Source of the DNA: Candidatus Bipolaricaulota bacterium
GTDB lineage: Bacteria > Bipolaricaulota > Bipolaricaulia > M55B111
Direction of reading: 5' to 3'
DNA: 64,000 nucleotides
Assembly (NCBI GenBank): GCA_021735245.1
Contig: JAIPHJ010000003.1
Span: forward strand, 15,717 to 79,716
The notes beneath the pieces are model-generated. The model worked only from the letters and a program-made list of their open reading frames with translations, had not been told where the DNA came from and made no database searches. Numbering within the stretch: position 1 is the stretch's first letter; every line of letters starts with the position of its first letter. Positions 1 through 10,296 of the stretch are shown in pieces. A program made the translations under genes and the position numbers.

Positions 1-701
1 AACGTAAACGGAGAGGACAGTACGTCGCACAGCTTCCTGCTGTTTCTGTCATCGGCGCAGATAATCGTTTCCTCCGATTGCCGGGCAAATTCCTTGAAAC
101 CTTCAAGGATTTCGTCCTGATTTTTATAAGTATCCAGATGATCCTTGCCTATATTTGTTATCACCGAGAGGTCAGGCCTGAGCTGGGTAAAGTGTCCGTC
201 GGACTCGTCGACTTCCGATATGAAGTGCTCTCCATCGCCGAGTTTGGCGTTACCGTCGAGTTGGTCGCAGTTGGCCCCAATCATGTATGTCGGGTCCTTA
301 CCTCCGAACTCGAAAAGTGTCGAAGCCATGGTCGTGGTGGTAGTCTTTCCATGGGTTCCTGCTACTGCTAAGCTTTTCTTTTCCTCCATTAATTTTGCCA
401 TAGCTGTAAGTCTTTCCTGAACGGGTATCCCTCGACTTTTTGCTTCTCTCACCTCTACGTTGTCGTCTGAGATCGCGGAAGAAACCACTACTGCATCCAC
501 GTCCCTGGCCAGGTTTGAACTCCTGTGTCCGACGTAAACTTCCGCCCCTGCGTTCCGCAATACTTTAGTGTTTGGATCTTCCCTTATATCCGACCCAACG
601 ACCCTGGCACCTAATTGGAGTAATACCCTGGCGAGTCCGCTCATTCCGTCTCCTCCGATTCCAATCAAATGGTATTTTTTGTCTGGGTTTATCGTTAACA
701 T
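1..701 (-). CDS. murC: UDP-N-acetylmuramate--L-alanine ligase MurC, N-terminal ~233 codons (3' end beyond window start)
   Basis: Own minus-strand translation from ATG (699-701): MLTINPDKKYHLIGIGGDGMSGLARVLLQLGARVVGSD...SLAVAGTHGKTTTTTMAS...ITNIGKDHLDTY. This is the Mur ligase N-domain plus the GTHGKTTT P-loop. Overlaps the murG stop by 7 nt. Absent from the ORF track because it has no stop in the window. Confidence 0.9.
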   Translation of the reverse strand, partial: MLTINPDKKYHLIGIGGDGMSGLARVLLQLGARVVGSDIREDPNTKVLRNAGAEVYVGHRSSNLARDVDAVVVSSAISDDNVEVREAKSRGIPVQERLTAMAKLMEEKKSLAVAGTHGKTTTTTMASTLFEFGGKDPTYMIGANCDQLDGNAKLGDGEHFISEVDESDGHFTQLRPDLSVITNIGKDHLDTYKNQDEILEGFKEFARQSEETIICADDRNSRKLCDVLSSPFT

Positions 702-1810
702 AACTCTCCTTCACTTATGGTATCTTTTAGTGTTTTCACTACTTCTCCTGCACCGCTATCCCCGTCCATATAGCTGTAACTTTCTGACATTTCCCTTAGT
801 TTATCCCTGGATGACAGTAAGTCCGTTAGGGTTTCAACTAGAGGATAGTCGAGCCATTCCGTTTCCTCGACAAGAAAAGCAGCCCCCTTTTGTTCCAGAT
901 ACTTTCCGTTATAGTACTGATGATCTTCGGCCGCCCCGCTCCAGGGCACGATAATTGCCGGTTTTTCCGCCGTTACCAGCTCCGCCATCGTACCGGCCCC
1001 ACCCCTGCATATTACCAGATCGCTCATCCTATAGACCTCGCCCATGTTCTCAATGTATTCGACCACTGAAATTTTTTCCGATGGTAAGGACTCTACCCGC
1101 TCGCTAAAGGGCGGATAGTTATTTCTGCCAGTCTGAATCAGGAATTGAAACGGTATATCGGTTTTTTCGTCCATTTGTTCAAATTCCTGGATAACTTTTT
1201 CGATCAAAATCTTTGAGCCTTTAGATCCCCCGAATAAAAGTATTATAGGGGAATCTTGCTTCAGACCAAAACTTTCCGGGTTTGCTGGGGCACGATCTTC
1301 GTCGATCTCCCTTCTCACGGGGGTGCCTGTTACCTTTGAATCTCGGACTGTAAGGTGTCTCCGGGTATCCGGGTAGGAAAGAAGGACTTTCGTTACAAAC
1401 CGGGAAAGGATCCGATTGGTTACTCCCGGTTTGAGATTCAACTCGTGAGTCAGGACCGGGATTCTCAGGATCAAGCCCCAGAAGGCGGGAGGAAACGTCG
1501 TATACCCACCGGTTCCGTAAATCACGTCGGGATCGAACTTTCTGATTGCGAAGAAAGCCTGGACCAATCCCAGCGGGAGTAACGCCAGGCCTTTGAGAAA
1601 GCCGGTTAAACTCTGACGGCTAAGTCCTCGAATGGTTATGGTTTTGAATTCCAGCCAGTCATATTGAGGTGCTATTCTGGCTTCAAGGCCCCTTCCCGTA
1701 CCGATATAACAGATTTTGTGTTCCTTGCTCTCTTTGTGGAGCTTTTTCATGACCGCCAGTGCTGGATAAAAATGTCCACCCGTGCCTCCTCCCGCCACCA
1801 GTAATCTCAT
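695..1810 (-). CDS. murG: UDP-N-acetylglucosamine--LPS/lipid I N-acetylglucosamine transferase MurG
   Basis: 371 aa. N-terminal MRLLVAGGGTGGHFYPALAV is the MurG G-loop; C-terminal GGAGTMAEL motif; lies between ftsW and murC as in dcw clusters. Confidence 0.92.
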   Translation of the reverse strand: MRLLVAGGGTGGHFYPALAVMKKLHKESKEHKICYIGTGRGLEARIAPQYDWLEFKTITIRGLSRQSLTGFLKGLALLPLGLVQAFFAIRKFDPDVIYGTGGYTTFPPAFWGLILRIPVLTHELNLKPGVTNRILSRFVTKVLLSYPDTRRHLTVRDSKVTGTPVRREIDEDRAPANPESFGLKQDSPIILLFGGSKGSKILIEKVIQEFEQMDEKTDIPFQFLIQTGRNNYPPFSERVESLPSEKISVVEYIENMGEVYRMSDLVICRGGAGTMAELVTAEKPAIIVPWSGAAEDHQYYNGKYLEQKGAAFLVEETEWLDYPLVETLTDLLSSRDKLREMSESYSYMDGDSGAGEVVKTLKDTISEGELC

Positions 1811-2883
1811 GAGTTAGCTATGCTGACTATACACCCTACCATTGCCAGCGAGACGATAAGTGACGATCCTCCGTAACTGACAAACGGCAGAGTCAATCCG
1901 GTCACCGGTAAAAGTCCAAGTGTGACGCTGAAATTCAGCAGAGCCTGAAAGAAGATTACGAAGGTAAAACCGCCCGCTATAAGCCCCTTTATCCTGTCGT
2001 CCTGGTTGAGTGCTATTTTGAAACCTTCCACTCCCAGAACCACGAATAGACCTATTATTATCAGCGTGCCAATAAAACCAAGCTCTTCCCCTATTATCGA
2101 GTATATAAAGTCGTTGTAGCCCGCCGGCAGGTAAAGAAATTTTCCGACCGATTCCCCCAACCCTTTTCCGAAAATTCCGCCGGAGCCGAAAGCTATTAAA
2201 GATTGTCTCAATTGATAACCCGTTCCCAGTTGATCTTTGCCGGAGCCGAAGAACGAAATCAACCTCTGCAATCTATACGGTTTAAGGACAAGTAGTCCAC
2301 CAAGCAGAGGAACTCCCAGGGCGAGAACCTTTCCCAGGCCCAACAGCCTGGCACCCCCGAGAAAAAGGAGGAATCCGGTAGTGGATATAAGGAGGAGGGT
2401 CATGCTGAAATCTGGCTGAAGCAGTGTTATGAGCGAGATCGAGCCGATTACGATCAGGAACGGAACTATTCCCCGGGAAAAATCCCTGATCCTATCTCCC
2501 AGGTCTACAATGGCAAGAGAGGTCCAGGTAATCAACCCGAACTTCAATCCCTCCGTCGGTTGAAAGGAGAAAGGACCCAGATCGAGCCACCTTCCTCCGG
2601 AAGAAATACCCGGAACCAGGGTCAGGAGTGTCAGGAAGGTAAATCCGGCGAGCAGGTAACCGCTCAGGTCGACAATCCTGGATAAATCTACCTTTGCAAA
2701 GAAGACCAGCGCGGCAAATCCTATTACCGCCGCGACGGTCTGCTTTACTAGTAGATAGTACGAGCTTCCATAATAATAATCCGAGTACGCCCAACTAGAA
2801 CTATATACCATAATCAACCCGAAAGAAGTAAGCAAAAAGGCACTTAACAGTAGCCTGGAACTCGACCCGTTGAAATCTCCCAT
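1807..2883 (-). CDS. ftsW: FtsW/RodA/SpoVE (SEDS) family cell-division/peptidoglycan polymerase
   Basis: 358 aa polytopic membrane protein with SEDS-like motifs (GYQLRQSLIAFGSGGIFGKGLG, LPAGYNDFIYSIIGEELGF, LPFVSYGGSSL). 4-nt overlap with murG; dcw context. Confidence 0.85.
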   Translation of the reverse strand: MGDFNGSSSRLLLSAFLLTSFGLIMVYSSSWAYSDYYYGSSYYLLVKQTVAAVIGFAALVFFAKVDLSRIVDLSGYLLAGFTFLTLLTLVPGISSGGRWLDLGPFSFQPTEGLKFGLITWTSLAIVDLGDRIRDFSRGIVPFLIVIGSISLITLLQPDFSMTLLLISTTGFLLFLGGARLLGLGKVLALGVPLLGGLLVLKPYRLQRLISFFGSGKDQLGTGYQLRQSLIAFGSGGIFGKGLGESVGKFLYLPAGYNDFIYSIIGEELGFIGTLIIIGLFVVLGVEGFKIALNQDDRIKGLIAGGFTFVIFFQALLNFSVTLGLLPVTGLTLPFVSYGGSSLIVSLAMVGCIVSIANS

Positions 2884-3012
2884 CAGTTCACCAGCCCGGA
2901 GTATATTTTATATCTCGAATGTCCCGCTTCTGCAAGGATTCCCGTCTCGTCTGCGTTTCTGCGCTGTCATTCCACTGAGTGATGTATGTCGTAAGATATC
3001 AAAAAAACCCGG

Positions 3013-4302
3013 TTAATTTGCCAGCGAGTTTACGATTTCCTTAAATCGTTCTCCTCTCTCTTCAAAGTTGTTGAACCTGTCGAAGCTCGAACAACCCGGC
3101 GAAAGAAGTACTATTTCTCCTTGATTTGCATCTACAAAAGCTTCCTTGACCGCTTTGGCCAGGGACGGATAAGTTTGGAACTTGGCTACCTCTGCCCGTC
3201 TCAATATTTCAGCGAGTTTTCCTTTAGCCGACCCAAAGAGGTAGGTGGCGCGGACCGAGTCCGGTTCGATTATTTCAACTAGCTCGTCATAACCGGACAT
3301 TTTGGCCTTTCCACCCAGTAATAGCCTAACCGGTTGGTCGAAACCCTCAATGGCGGCTATCGTTGCAGCGGGATTGGTGGCTTTGGAGTCGTCGACGAAC
3401 TTGACCCCATTTAACGTACCTGCAAACTCCAATCTGTGTGGTAGATTGAGCCCCCGGTTGACCGGTTCGGAGGGCGGACTATCGAGTTCCGGTCCTTCCA
3501 GCAGGCAGTTTGCCGCCGCGAGAGCCGCCCCGACGTTTTCTTTTTGGTGTGGCGACAGTTCCATTCCTCGAGGTTCCCTGGGCCGGAATTCGACCTCTGT
3601 CGGCTTTTTATTGGGAATTTTCAGGTCAAGCCCATCCTTAATCACGGCGTAGTCTCGCTCGTTCTGATTGTTAAATAGTCTCAGTTTTACTTCGCGGTAA
3701 TTTGCGAACGAACCGTGCCGATCCAGGTGATCGAGCGCCAGATTGGTGAGGACGGCTACACGAGGTCGAAACTTTTCCGTGGTCTGGAGTTGATAGCTGC
3801 TGACCTCGACTACCGCCGCGTCGTCCGGGGCCAGTGAGGGGATCATGCTGATGAACGGTGTTCCGATGTTGCCACAGGCGATTGAACTCGTCCCCATGTA
3901 CTTGAGGATTTCATATATAAGATTTACCGTGGTCGATTTGCCGTTGGTACCCGTTACCGCAACAATCCTGTCTGTCGGCGACAGCCTGTAGGCAAGTTCT
4001 ATCTCCCCGATTGTCGGTATCCCAAGGTTTCGTGCTTCCTTCACCAGTTCGTGGTCGGGCGGTACGCCGGGAGAGAGGACTATTAGATCGGAATTCAGGG
4101 CTCTTTCCGAATGGCCGTCCTCCTCGAACTTCACTCCCCTCTTACGAAACCTATTTCTGGTCCTCGGATCAATCTCGTCCTTCTCAGTCACGAATACTTT
4201 TACGCCTTTCGAGGTTAGGTAATCTACGACGGCTTGTCCCGTCGCACCGGCCCCGAATACCGCTATTTCTTCGTATTTTGCGAGCAGACCATCTTTAGCC
4301 AA
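3013..4302 (-). CDS. murD: UDP-N-acetylmuramoylalanine--D-glutamate ligase MurD
   Basis: 429 aa. N-terminal VFGAGATGQAVVDYL Rossmann fold, VTGTNGKSTT P-loop, C-terminal DDSKATNP and LLSPGCSSFD motifs typical of MurD. Confidence 0.9.
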   Translation of the reverse strand: MAKDGLLAKYEEIAVFGAGATGQAVVDYLTSKGVKVFVTEKDEIDPRTRNRFRKRGVKFEEDGHSERALNSDLIVLSPGVPPDHELVKEARNLGIPTIGEIELAYRLSPTDRIVAVTGTNGKSTTVNLIYEILKYMGTSSIACGNIGTPFISMIPSLAPDDAAVVEVSSYQLQTTEKFRPRVAVLTNLALDHLDRHGSFANYREVKLRLFNNQNERDYAVIKDGLDLKIPNKKPTEVEFRPREPRGMELSPHQKENVGAALAAANCLLEGPELDSPPSEPVNRGLNLPHRLEFAGTLNGVKFVDDSKATNPAATIAAIEGFDQPVRLLLGGKAKMSGYDELVEIIEPDSVRATYLFGSAKGKLAEILRRAEVAKFQTYPSLAKAVKEAFVDANQGEIVLLSPGCSSFDRFNNFEERGERFKEIVNSLAN

Positions 4303-4544
4303 TTTCCTCCACTCCTGGATGCATTTGGAAAACTTTACTTTTTCCAGGGGAGAAGATCAACGACTCCTGTCCTTTTCCTGGGCGAACTGGAAGAAGGGAC
4401 GCCCGGGTTGAGGGTGGTAGGTAAAAGTCCGAATATCTTCAGGGGTAATTCCCAGGGGGGATTTTTTTGATCGGCTTGATTGGTAATATTCCGGGGCTAT
4501 GGAAGACGACGACCAAAGGTAGAAGATAGTAGCCTCGGAGAGTT

Positions 4545-4592
4545 AAAAAATTAAAAAGGCGAACTACTCCCGAAATAACGAGGTAGTTCGCC
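4545..4592 (-). terminator. Rho-independent terminator downstream of the 4634-5002 gene
   Basis: Perfect 10-bp stem ggcgaactac (4558-4567) / gtagttcgcc (4583-4592). On the minus strand it is followed by a T-rich run (complement of aaaaattaaaaa, 4545-4557). Confidence 0.6.
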
Positions 4593-4633
4593 GGTAGAAA
4601 TATTTACCAGGTACGATGAAAGATCGGATGTGG

Positions 4634-5002
4634 TTATATTATCTCCATTACCTTTGTTTCAAGCTCCTCCGGGGAGACCAGCTCCACGTAGTCTCTTGAC
4701 TCAGCCATCTTTTCTTTCGCTTTTTCCTTAAATTTGTCCGCTACGACTATGATAACCGGTATATCGTGTCTCCGGCAGGCGAAAAGCCTGTCATCGATTG
4801 AAACGTGTTCCATTCCGGTTACCGAAACCAGTTTATGGAGGTAGGAAATTATTACATCAAAGCCATCTGAACTGGTGACGTGAGCAATATATTTTCCGTG
4901 TCCGTCAGTGCCGTTTCCGAGAGGAAGCGTATCGTTTCCTTGAGCACAGAGGCTGCTTAATAAATCCGGATCCGTTCCTTCCATGTATCCAATTAGGGCC
5001 AT
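4634..5002 (-). CDS. hypothetical protein (122 aa)
   Basis: Clean ORF followed by a terminator; no family recognised from memory. Confidence 0.5.
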   Translation of the reverse strand: MALIGYMEGTDPDLLSSLCAQGNDTLPLGNGTDGHGKYIAHVTSSDGFDVIISYLHKLVSVTGMEHVSIDDRLFACRRHDIPVIIVVADKFKEKAKEKMAESRDYVELVSPEELETKVMEII

Positions 5003-5075
5003 TTAAATCACCTCAGGTTATTATATAGGCGAAGGCGCCTTCCCTTCAAATACAGGGCAGGCCAAACATTCTCGA

Positions 5076-5720
5076 TTACCCCTCTTCAAGAATACCCAGG
5101 TAAACGTGAGTTAACACCAGCGTTACCCACGTCTGGAATACGGTGGTAAGCAGTAGGCTTACCGTCGCTCCCCAGCCGGGTGGGAGTGCTCCCAGACTGA
5201 AACTGATCAATAAAAGCGGTACTTCAAAGATCAGGATAATTCGGAAAATATCGCCCCACCTGTTGGTCGTATGATTCCAGCTACTTTCCAGAGCTTTAGT
5301 GATATCGGTTTTCCTGCCAAGGAGGACTTCCTGGTTGGTGAAGATAAGTTTTACGTAAAGGTAGACTCCGGGAACTATGAACAGGAAAAACCCGAGAACG
5401 ATTGCCGTCCAGGCCACGAGATTCACCGCTATTAGCGGTAAATAGTTTGGCTTCACCCTGTCGAATGATCCTGTTAAATTGGGGGATTCGCCGGAGTAAA
5501 CGTTTCTGTCGAGAAAGATGGTCATTCCCGAGGTGAGGGGCGTAAGAAGCAGTAGAACCAGTATTCTCAGGACTATACTCCAGCCCGGCCCGAGAGCCGA
5601 GATTGCCCGATCCGAACCAAGAATGGCGTTTAAGAACGCGGAAAAGAAGAAAGGGGCAAATAAGACGGGGAAGCTAATGGTTTCTTTTATCGCCCCTTCT
5701 ACCAATTCATTTATCTTCAT
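5076..5720 (-). CDS. hypothetical integral membrane protein (214 aa)
   Basis: Several long hydrophobic segments; abuts the stop of the upstream aminotransferase gene (5721). Confidence 0.6.
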   Translation of the reverse strand: MKINELVEGAIKETISFPVLFAPFFFSAFLNAILGSDRAISALGPGWSIVLRILVLLLLTPLTSGMTIFLDRNVYSGESPNLTGSFDRVKPNYLPLIAVNLVAWTAIVLGFFLFIVPGVYLYVKLIFTNQEVLLGRKTDITKALESSWNHTTNRWGDIFRIILIFEVPLLLISFSLGALPPGWGATVSLLLTTVFQTWVTLVLTHVYLGILEEG

Positions 5721-6989
5721 TTAGTTAACCATTTCTTCCTGGACCTTCGAGATTGCTCGTCCGATTATCTCCAGCCCTTCGTCCAGGTATTCTTCCTCTA
5801 TTACGAGAGGAGTTAACAGTCTTATTACATTGCCGTGTAGGCCGGCTGTAGGTAGAATAAGTCCGTCCTCCAGGGCGAGATCGACGATTTCTTGAGTAAT
5901 TTCCGGAGCGGGTTGCTTTGTCTTTCCGTCTTTTACCAGCTCCATAGCTACCATTGCTCCGAGACCCCTGACGTCTCCGACTATTTCGTACTCTTCTTTC
6001 ATTCTGTTGAATTCTTCCGTTACTTTTTCCCCGATTTCCGAGGCACGCTCGAGGAGGCCCTCTTCCTCAATGACGTCCAGTACGGCGAGGGCCGATTCTA
6101 TTGCGACCGGATTTCCCACGTAAGTACCTCCGATGCTTCCCGGATCCGGTGCGTCCATTATCTCCTCTTTTCCGATAACTCCTGAAAGGGGTAACCCGGC
6201 GGCAAGAGACTTTGCCACTGTTATGAGATCGGGTTCAACGTCGTAATGTTCGCAGGCAAAAAATTTGCCGGTCCTGCCCGTTCCGGACTGGATCTCGTCG
6301 AATATTAAATCTATTCCGTACTTGTCCGTCAGATCTCGAAGGTAGGGTAAAAAATCGTCCGGCGGAACTAGAAAACCGCCCTCACCCAGTACTGGTTCGA
6401 CTATTATCGCCGCGATGTCTTCCGGGTCTACCATGTTTTTTAGCTTCACTTCGAGTTCTTTTACGGGAACTCCCCCCCTGTACTGGTTGGGATAAGGAAG
6501 CCTATAGACGTCCGGAGCGAACGGGCCAAAGCCCGCCTTGTACGGTTTCGCCTTGTGAGTCAGCGTCATAGTTAGCAAGGTTCGGCCGTGAAAGCCGCTT
6601 TCGAACGCGACGAGTGCCCCCCTGTCGGTATCAGCTTTTGCGAATTTTACAGCGTTTTCGACTGCCTCCGCCCCGCTGTTGAAGAAGGCAGCTTTTTTGG
6701 GGGTTTCTCCCGGAGCGAGTTCGGAAAGCCTGCCGGCGAGTTCGGGATAACTCTCGTAGGGAATGGCGCTAAAGTCCGTGTGGAGAAATTTTTCCGCCTG
6801 GCTTTTTACAGCATTTACCACTTTAGGATGACTGTACCCTACGGCCATACAGCCCCAACCTCCGCTGAAGTCGATGTAAGTATCCCCGTTTTTGTCGTAG
6901 ACTAACTCTCCCTGACCTCTTTCGATATATTCCGGTACTAACGAACTCATTGATTCCGGTAAATAACCTTCTGGATTTTCTCTATTCAT
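5721..6989 (-). CDS. class-III pyridoxal-phosphate aminotransferase (GabT/ArgD-like)
   Basis: Motifs DFSGGWGCMAVGYSHP, FFNSGAEAVENAVK, IFDEIQSGTGRTGKFFA (class-III AT signature). Start moved to MNRENPEG (ATG 6987-6989), which is preceded by GAGGGGGAAG. The longer track ORF to 7130 adds a non-homologous extension. Confidence 0.85.
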   Translation of the reverse strand: MNRENPEGYLPESMSSLVPEYIERGQGELVYDKNGDTYIDFSGGWGCMAVGYSHPKVVNAVKSQAEKFLHTDFSAIPYESYPELAGRLSELAPGETPKKAAFFNSGAEAVENAVKFAKADTDRGALVAFESGFHGRTLLTMTLTHKAKPYKAGFGPFAPDVYRLPYPNQYRGGVPVKELEVKLKNMVDPEDIAAIIVEPVLGEGGFLVPPDDFLPYLRDLTDKYGIDLIFDEIQSGTGRTGKFFACEHYDVEPDLITVAKSLAAGLPLSGVIGKEEIMDAPDPGSIGGTYVGNPVAIESALAVLDVIEEEGLLERASEIGEKVTEEFNRMKEEYEIVGDVRGLGAMVAMELVKDGKTKQPAPEITQEIVDLALEDGLILPTAGLHGNVIRLLTPLVIEEEYLDEGLEIIGRAISKVQEEMVN

Positions 6990-7229
6990 TATACTTCCCC
7001 CTCGACTCGAAATTTTTGTCCCCCTCCCTTTTCGACCATCAGGGCCAGTAGTGGGTAAGTTACCTAGCGGTCGAACTAAATTATGATAGTAAAGCAGGAA
7101 GGTGATTGCAATGAACCAGGATTTTAACAAGTGGTTGTCTGTACTCGGACTTTCATTCGGGTACTTGCTTTTGATCGCATAGCTTTAATGAGCTAATATT
7201 TGCTGAATTAAATTATCGGGGGCGGTACT

Positions 7230-8573
7230 ATGAATCGAAAGAGATGCTTTTTGATCCCCTTCGTTTTTGGTTTGGTCCTGGTTTTGTCCCTGGGGATTCA
7301 GCCAGCAAAGTGTTATTCCGAGACGAGAAAGATCATTACCCTCTACCAGAGTGGTCCTTCACTGGTTATAGAAAAGGAAGATGTAAAACTGGAAGAGGGG
7401 TTGAATAGGTTAACCAGAAAGCTACCCGCATCTGTAGTGACGCGGACCGTTTTTACTTCCAGCCCCGGGGCGAGTCTCAGGAGTTCAAGAACGGTCCCGG
7501 CGGTAAACTCACAGGATGGTTTACTAAAGGAACTGATCGGCACCGAGGTTTCAGTAATTAAACGGGGAAGTCCAGAAACCGCTCTGGAAGGTACGCTGGT
7601 GGGAATCTTTAGCGGCAAACCTTTGCTCAAAACTCCGGACGGGGAAATGAGGTTGATCACTAATCCGGAGGAGTACCGGTTCCGGGGGTTTTCTCTGGAG
7701 AACAAATACTCCAGCCTGGAACTTGAGCTGACCGCCAGGGAGAAAGTTGAGACGGATTTGACCATCGGCTATCAACTTTCCGAGTTGAACTGGTCACCCC
7801 AGTACGTCGGATTCCTGAGCGAAGAAAAGGAATCGTTGGATCTCCGCGGAATAGGCCACGTCGATAATCAAACTGGCTGGGATTTCCGTGGAATAGAGTT
7901 GAGGCTGCTGGCGGGAGAACCGAAAAGAAAAAATAGTGGGCCGAACTTCGTCGCGGCAGCCAGGAGTCTCGACCGGCAGGAAACTTCTAGCCCCGAGCAG
8001 GTATTCGAATATTATCGCTACAAAGTTGGGTTCCCCGTGGATTTGGCCAGCGGTATGGAAACGCAGGTTAAGTTTCTCCACAGGGATTCCGTTAACTATC
8101 GAAAGTATTATTTGTTCGAACCTTACTCCTCCTCTGCAGTAAGGACGATGATAGAACTTAACAACACGGAGGAAGAAGGTCTGGGGGTTCCCGTTGCTTC
8201 CGGGACGATAAGGATATACGAGGCTTCCGACGAGAAAACTTTTATTGGTGCCGATTCGCTGCCCAACCTCCCGGTAGGAAAGGAGGCGGAACTGGAACTG
8301 GGTGACTCGTTTGACGTGGAAGGCCGGAGGAAAAGGATCGATCACGAGAGGATAGGCGAGAGGATCTGGAAGGACCGGATTGAGATAACGATTGAAAATA
8401 GGAAAGAGAAGCAGGTTCAACTGCTCATTAAGGAAAAATTGCCTGGTGATTGGGAGATACTCCGGTCAAATTACGAATACAAAAAGGTTAATTCGGAGAC
8501 AATTCAATACGAAGAGTCCGTGCCGGCCAAGGAAACGATCGAGATCTCATACCTTGTCCAGTACGAGCTTTGA
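7230..8573 (+). CDS. secreted DUF4139-like protein (447 aa)
   Basis: N-terminal signal-like hydrophobic segment. Overall pattern (LNWSPQY, repeated beta-rich segments) recalls DUF4139/DUF4140 proteins; assignment from memory only. Confidence 0.55.
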   Translation: MNRKRCFLIPFVFGLVLVLSLGIQPAKCYSETRKIITLYQSGPSLVIEKEDVKLEEGLNRLTRKLPASVVTRTVFTSSPGASLRSSRTVPAVNSQDGLLKELIGTEVSVIKRGSPETALEGTLVGIFSGKPLLKTPDGEMRLITNPEEYRFRGFSLENKYSSLELELTAREKVETDLTIGYQLSELNWSPQYVGFLSEEKESLDLRGIGHVDNQTGWDFRGIELRLLAGEPKRKNSGPNFVAAARSLDRQETSSPEQVFEYYRYKVGFPVDLASGMETQVKFLHRDSVNYRKYYLFEPYSSSAVRTMIELNNTEEEGLGVPVASGTIRIYEASDEKTFIGADSLPNLPVGKEAELELGDSFDVEGRRKRIDHERIGERIWKDRIEITIENRKEKQVQLLIKEKLPGDWEILRSNYEYKKVNSETIQYEESVPAKETIEISYLVQYEL

Positions 8574-8617
8574 TCGATTCCCTGGAATTATGATTGATTA
8601 AATCTTAAGTTTTAACC

Positions 8618-8848
8618 ATGCAAAATGGAAATGAAGGGTTTAATTACGCTAGATATGCTGGAGCAATTGAAGAGGCCCTGGATAGGTTAGCTGCAAAGAA
8701 CGGAGTAGTTAAAACGAGGCAGATTCAGCTGGAAACGTCCGTTCCAAAGGACCTGATAGTTGAAGTTCTGGATAGAGGAATGGTGGACTTTCCCGATAGA
8801 ATAGACGAGATAATCGATCACGAGGAGGGTAAAAAATGGAAGAGATAA
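8618..8848 (+). CDS. hypothetical small protein (76 aa)
   Basis: ORF overlapping the start of the next gene by 13 nt (possible coupling); no recognised domain. Confidence 0.4.
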   Translation: MQNGNEGFNYARYAGAIEEALDRLAAKNGVVKTRQIQLETSVPKDLIVEVLDRGMVDFPDRIDEIIDHEEGKKWKR

Positions 8849-10290
8849 GTTTTGGGACCGACGGCTGGAGAGGAGTTATCGCCGATGATTATACCTACGA
8901 AAACCTTGGCCGGGTAGCGGAAGCGACGGCCAGTTATTTAAAATCTTCGGAACGTAAAGAGCTTGAAGTATACAACCAATGGGGCACTCCATACAGGTCT
9001 TCCGACGATGGTGTAGTTGTAGGTTACGACGGCCGGTTTGCATCGGAAAACTTCGCTCTGTACGTAGCCAGAGTATTAAAGGAATCCGGCGTGCCAGCCT
9101 TCGTGTCTAAGTCGATGGTTCCCACGCCTGCATTGGCTTTTGCCGTCAGGGAAATGGAAGCGGCGGCGGGTGTAATGATTACCGCCAGCCACAATCCTCC
9201 CGAGTACAACGGTTTCAAGGTAAAAATCGAATCGGGTGCTTCCGCCCCTCCGGTGGTAACTGACAGGATAGAGGAAAACTTACCCGCCGAGTCGCCTGAA
9301 GTAGATCCGGGATTGGAAGTCGATAGAGTAGACATTTCTTCCGACTACGTCGAGGCCCTCGGAGAGATCGTCGACCAGGAAATGCTCACGAAAAACCCCG
9401 TAATGGCAGTTATAGACTCCATGTACGGTTCGGCTCAGGGTTTTACCGGGAAGGTACTCGATAAATTTGGAGTTCCATCGGTGGAGGTGCGGGGTGATTT
9501 CAACCCGGGCTTCAATGGAATTAGGCCGGAACCGCTGGAGGAGTATCTCGACCCTTTGAAAGAAGAAATCGCGGAACAGAGGAAAGAAAACGATAAACCG
9601 ATAGTCGGCGTGGTAACTGACGGGGACGGAGATAGGGTATCGGCTGTAGCGGAAGATAGTTCGTTTATAGACGCTCATCGGACCTACGCACTGTTGATGA
9701 GATACCTGATAGAAGAGAAGGGCTGGGAAGGGAAGGCGGTCAAGAACTTTCCTCTTACGGACATGATCTTCAAGATAGGGAAAAAGCATAATAGAGACGT
9801 GACCGAAACGCCGGTTGGATTCAAGTTTATCGCCGAAAAGATGGTGAAAGAGGATGTCCTCATCGGGGGAGAAGAAAGTGGAGGTATTGGTCTGAAGAAT
9901 CACATACCCGATCGTGACGGAATTCTATGCTCGCTAATACTGATAGAAATGGTAGCTCGATCCGGCAAACAGCCGACGGAACTGGTGAACGATATGATGG
10001 ACGAGTTCGGGGGTCACCACTACAGAAGGAACGACATCCACCTGGAAGCCAGACAGGAAGTCGAGAATAAATCTACGGAGGACCCGCCGGAGAGTATTGG
10101 AAGCTATCGGGTTAAGAGCGTGGAAAAGACGGACGGGGTTAAACTGAGGTTCGACGACGGGTGGTTGCTGATAAGAGCTTCCGGTACGGAACCTCTGTTG
10201 CGTCTTTACTGTGAGATGGACGAACCAACCAAGGTTGATCAAGTATTGTCCGAAGCGGAAAAATACGCGCGAAACCTGGCAGGTGAATAA
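8836..10290 (+). CDS. phosphoglucomutase/phosphomannomutase family (alpha-D-phosphohexomutase)
   Basis: FGTDGWRG N-terminus, catalytic-Ser loop TASHNPPEYNGFK, metal loop TDGDGDR, sugar loop GGEESGG, C-terminal RASGTEPLLRLY. Confidence 0.9.
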   Translation: MEEISFGTDGWRGVIADDYTYENLGRVAEATASYLKSSERKELEVYNQWGTPYRSSDDGVVVGYDGRFASENFALYVARVLKESGVPAFVSKSMVPTPALAFAVREMEAAAGVMITASHNPPEYNGFKVKIESGASAPPVVTDRIEENLPAESPEVDPGLEVDRVDISSDYVEALGEIVDQEMLTKNPVMAVIDSMYGSAQGFTGKVLDKFGVPSVEVRGDFNPGFNGIRPEPLEEYLDPLKEEIAEQRKENDKPIVGVVTDGDGDRVSAVAEDSSFIDAHRTYALLMRYLIEEKGWEGKAVKNFPLTDMIFKIGKKHNRDVTETPVGFKFIAEKMVKEDVLIGGEESGGIGLKNHIPDRDGILCSLILIEMVARSGKQPTELVNDMMDEFGGHHYRRNDIHLEARQEVENKSTEDPPESIGSYRVKSVEKTDGVKLRFDDGWLLIRASGTEPLLRLYCEMDEPTKVDQVLSEAEKYARNLAGE

Positions 10291-10296
10291 AACGAG

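Noticed and set aside
78-954. Plus-strand track ORFs 78-371, 145-420 and 568-954
   Set aside because: They lie antisense to a clear minus-strand murC/murG reading frame with strong Mur-ligase motifs. Their low-complexity translations indicate antisense artefacts.
6990-7130. N-terminal 47-codon extension of the aminotransferase ORF
   Set aside because: The extension (MLKSWFIAITFLLYYHNLV...) has no counterpart in class-III aminotransferases. A good RBS precedes the internal ATG at 6989.
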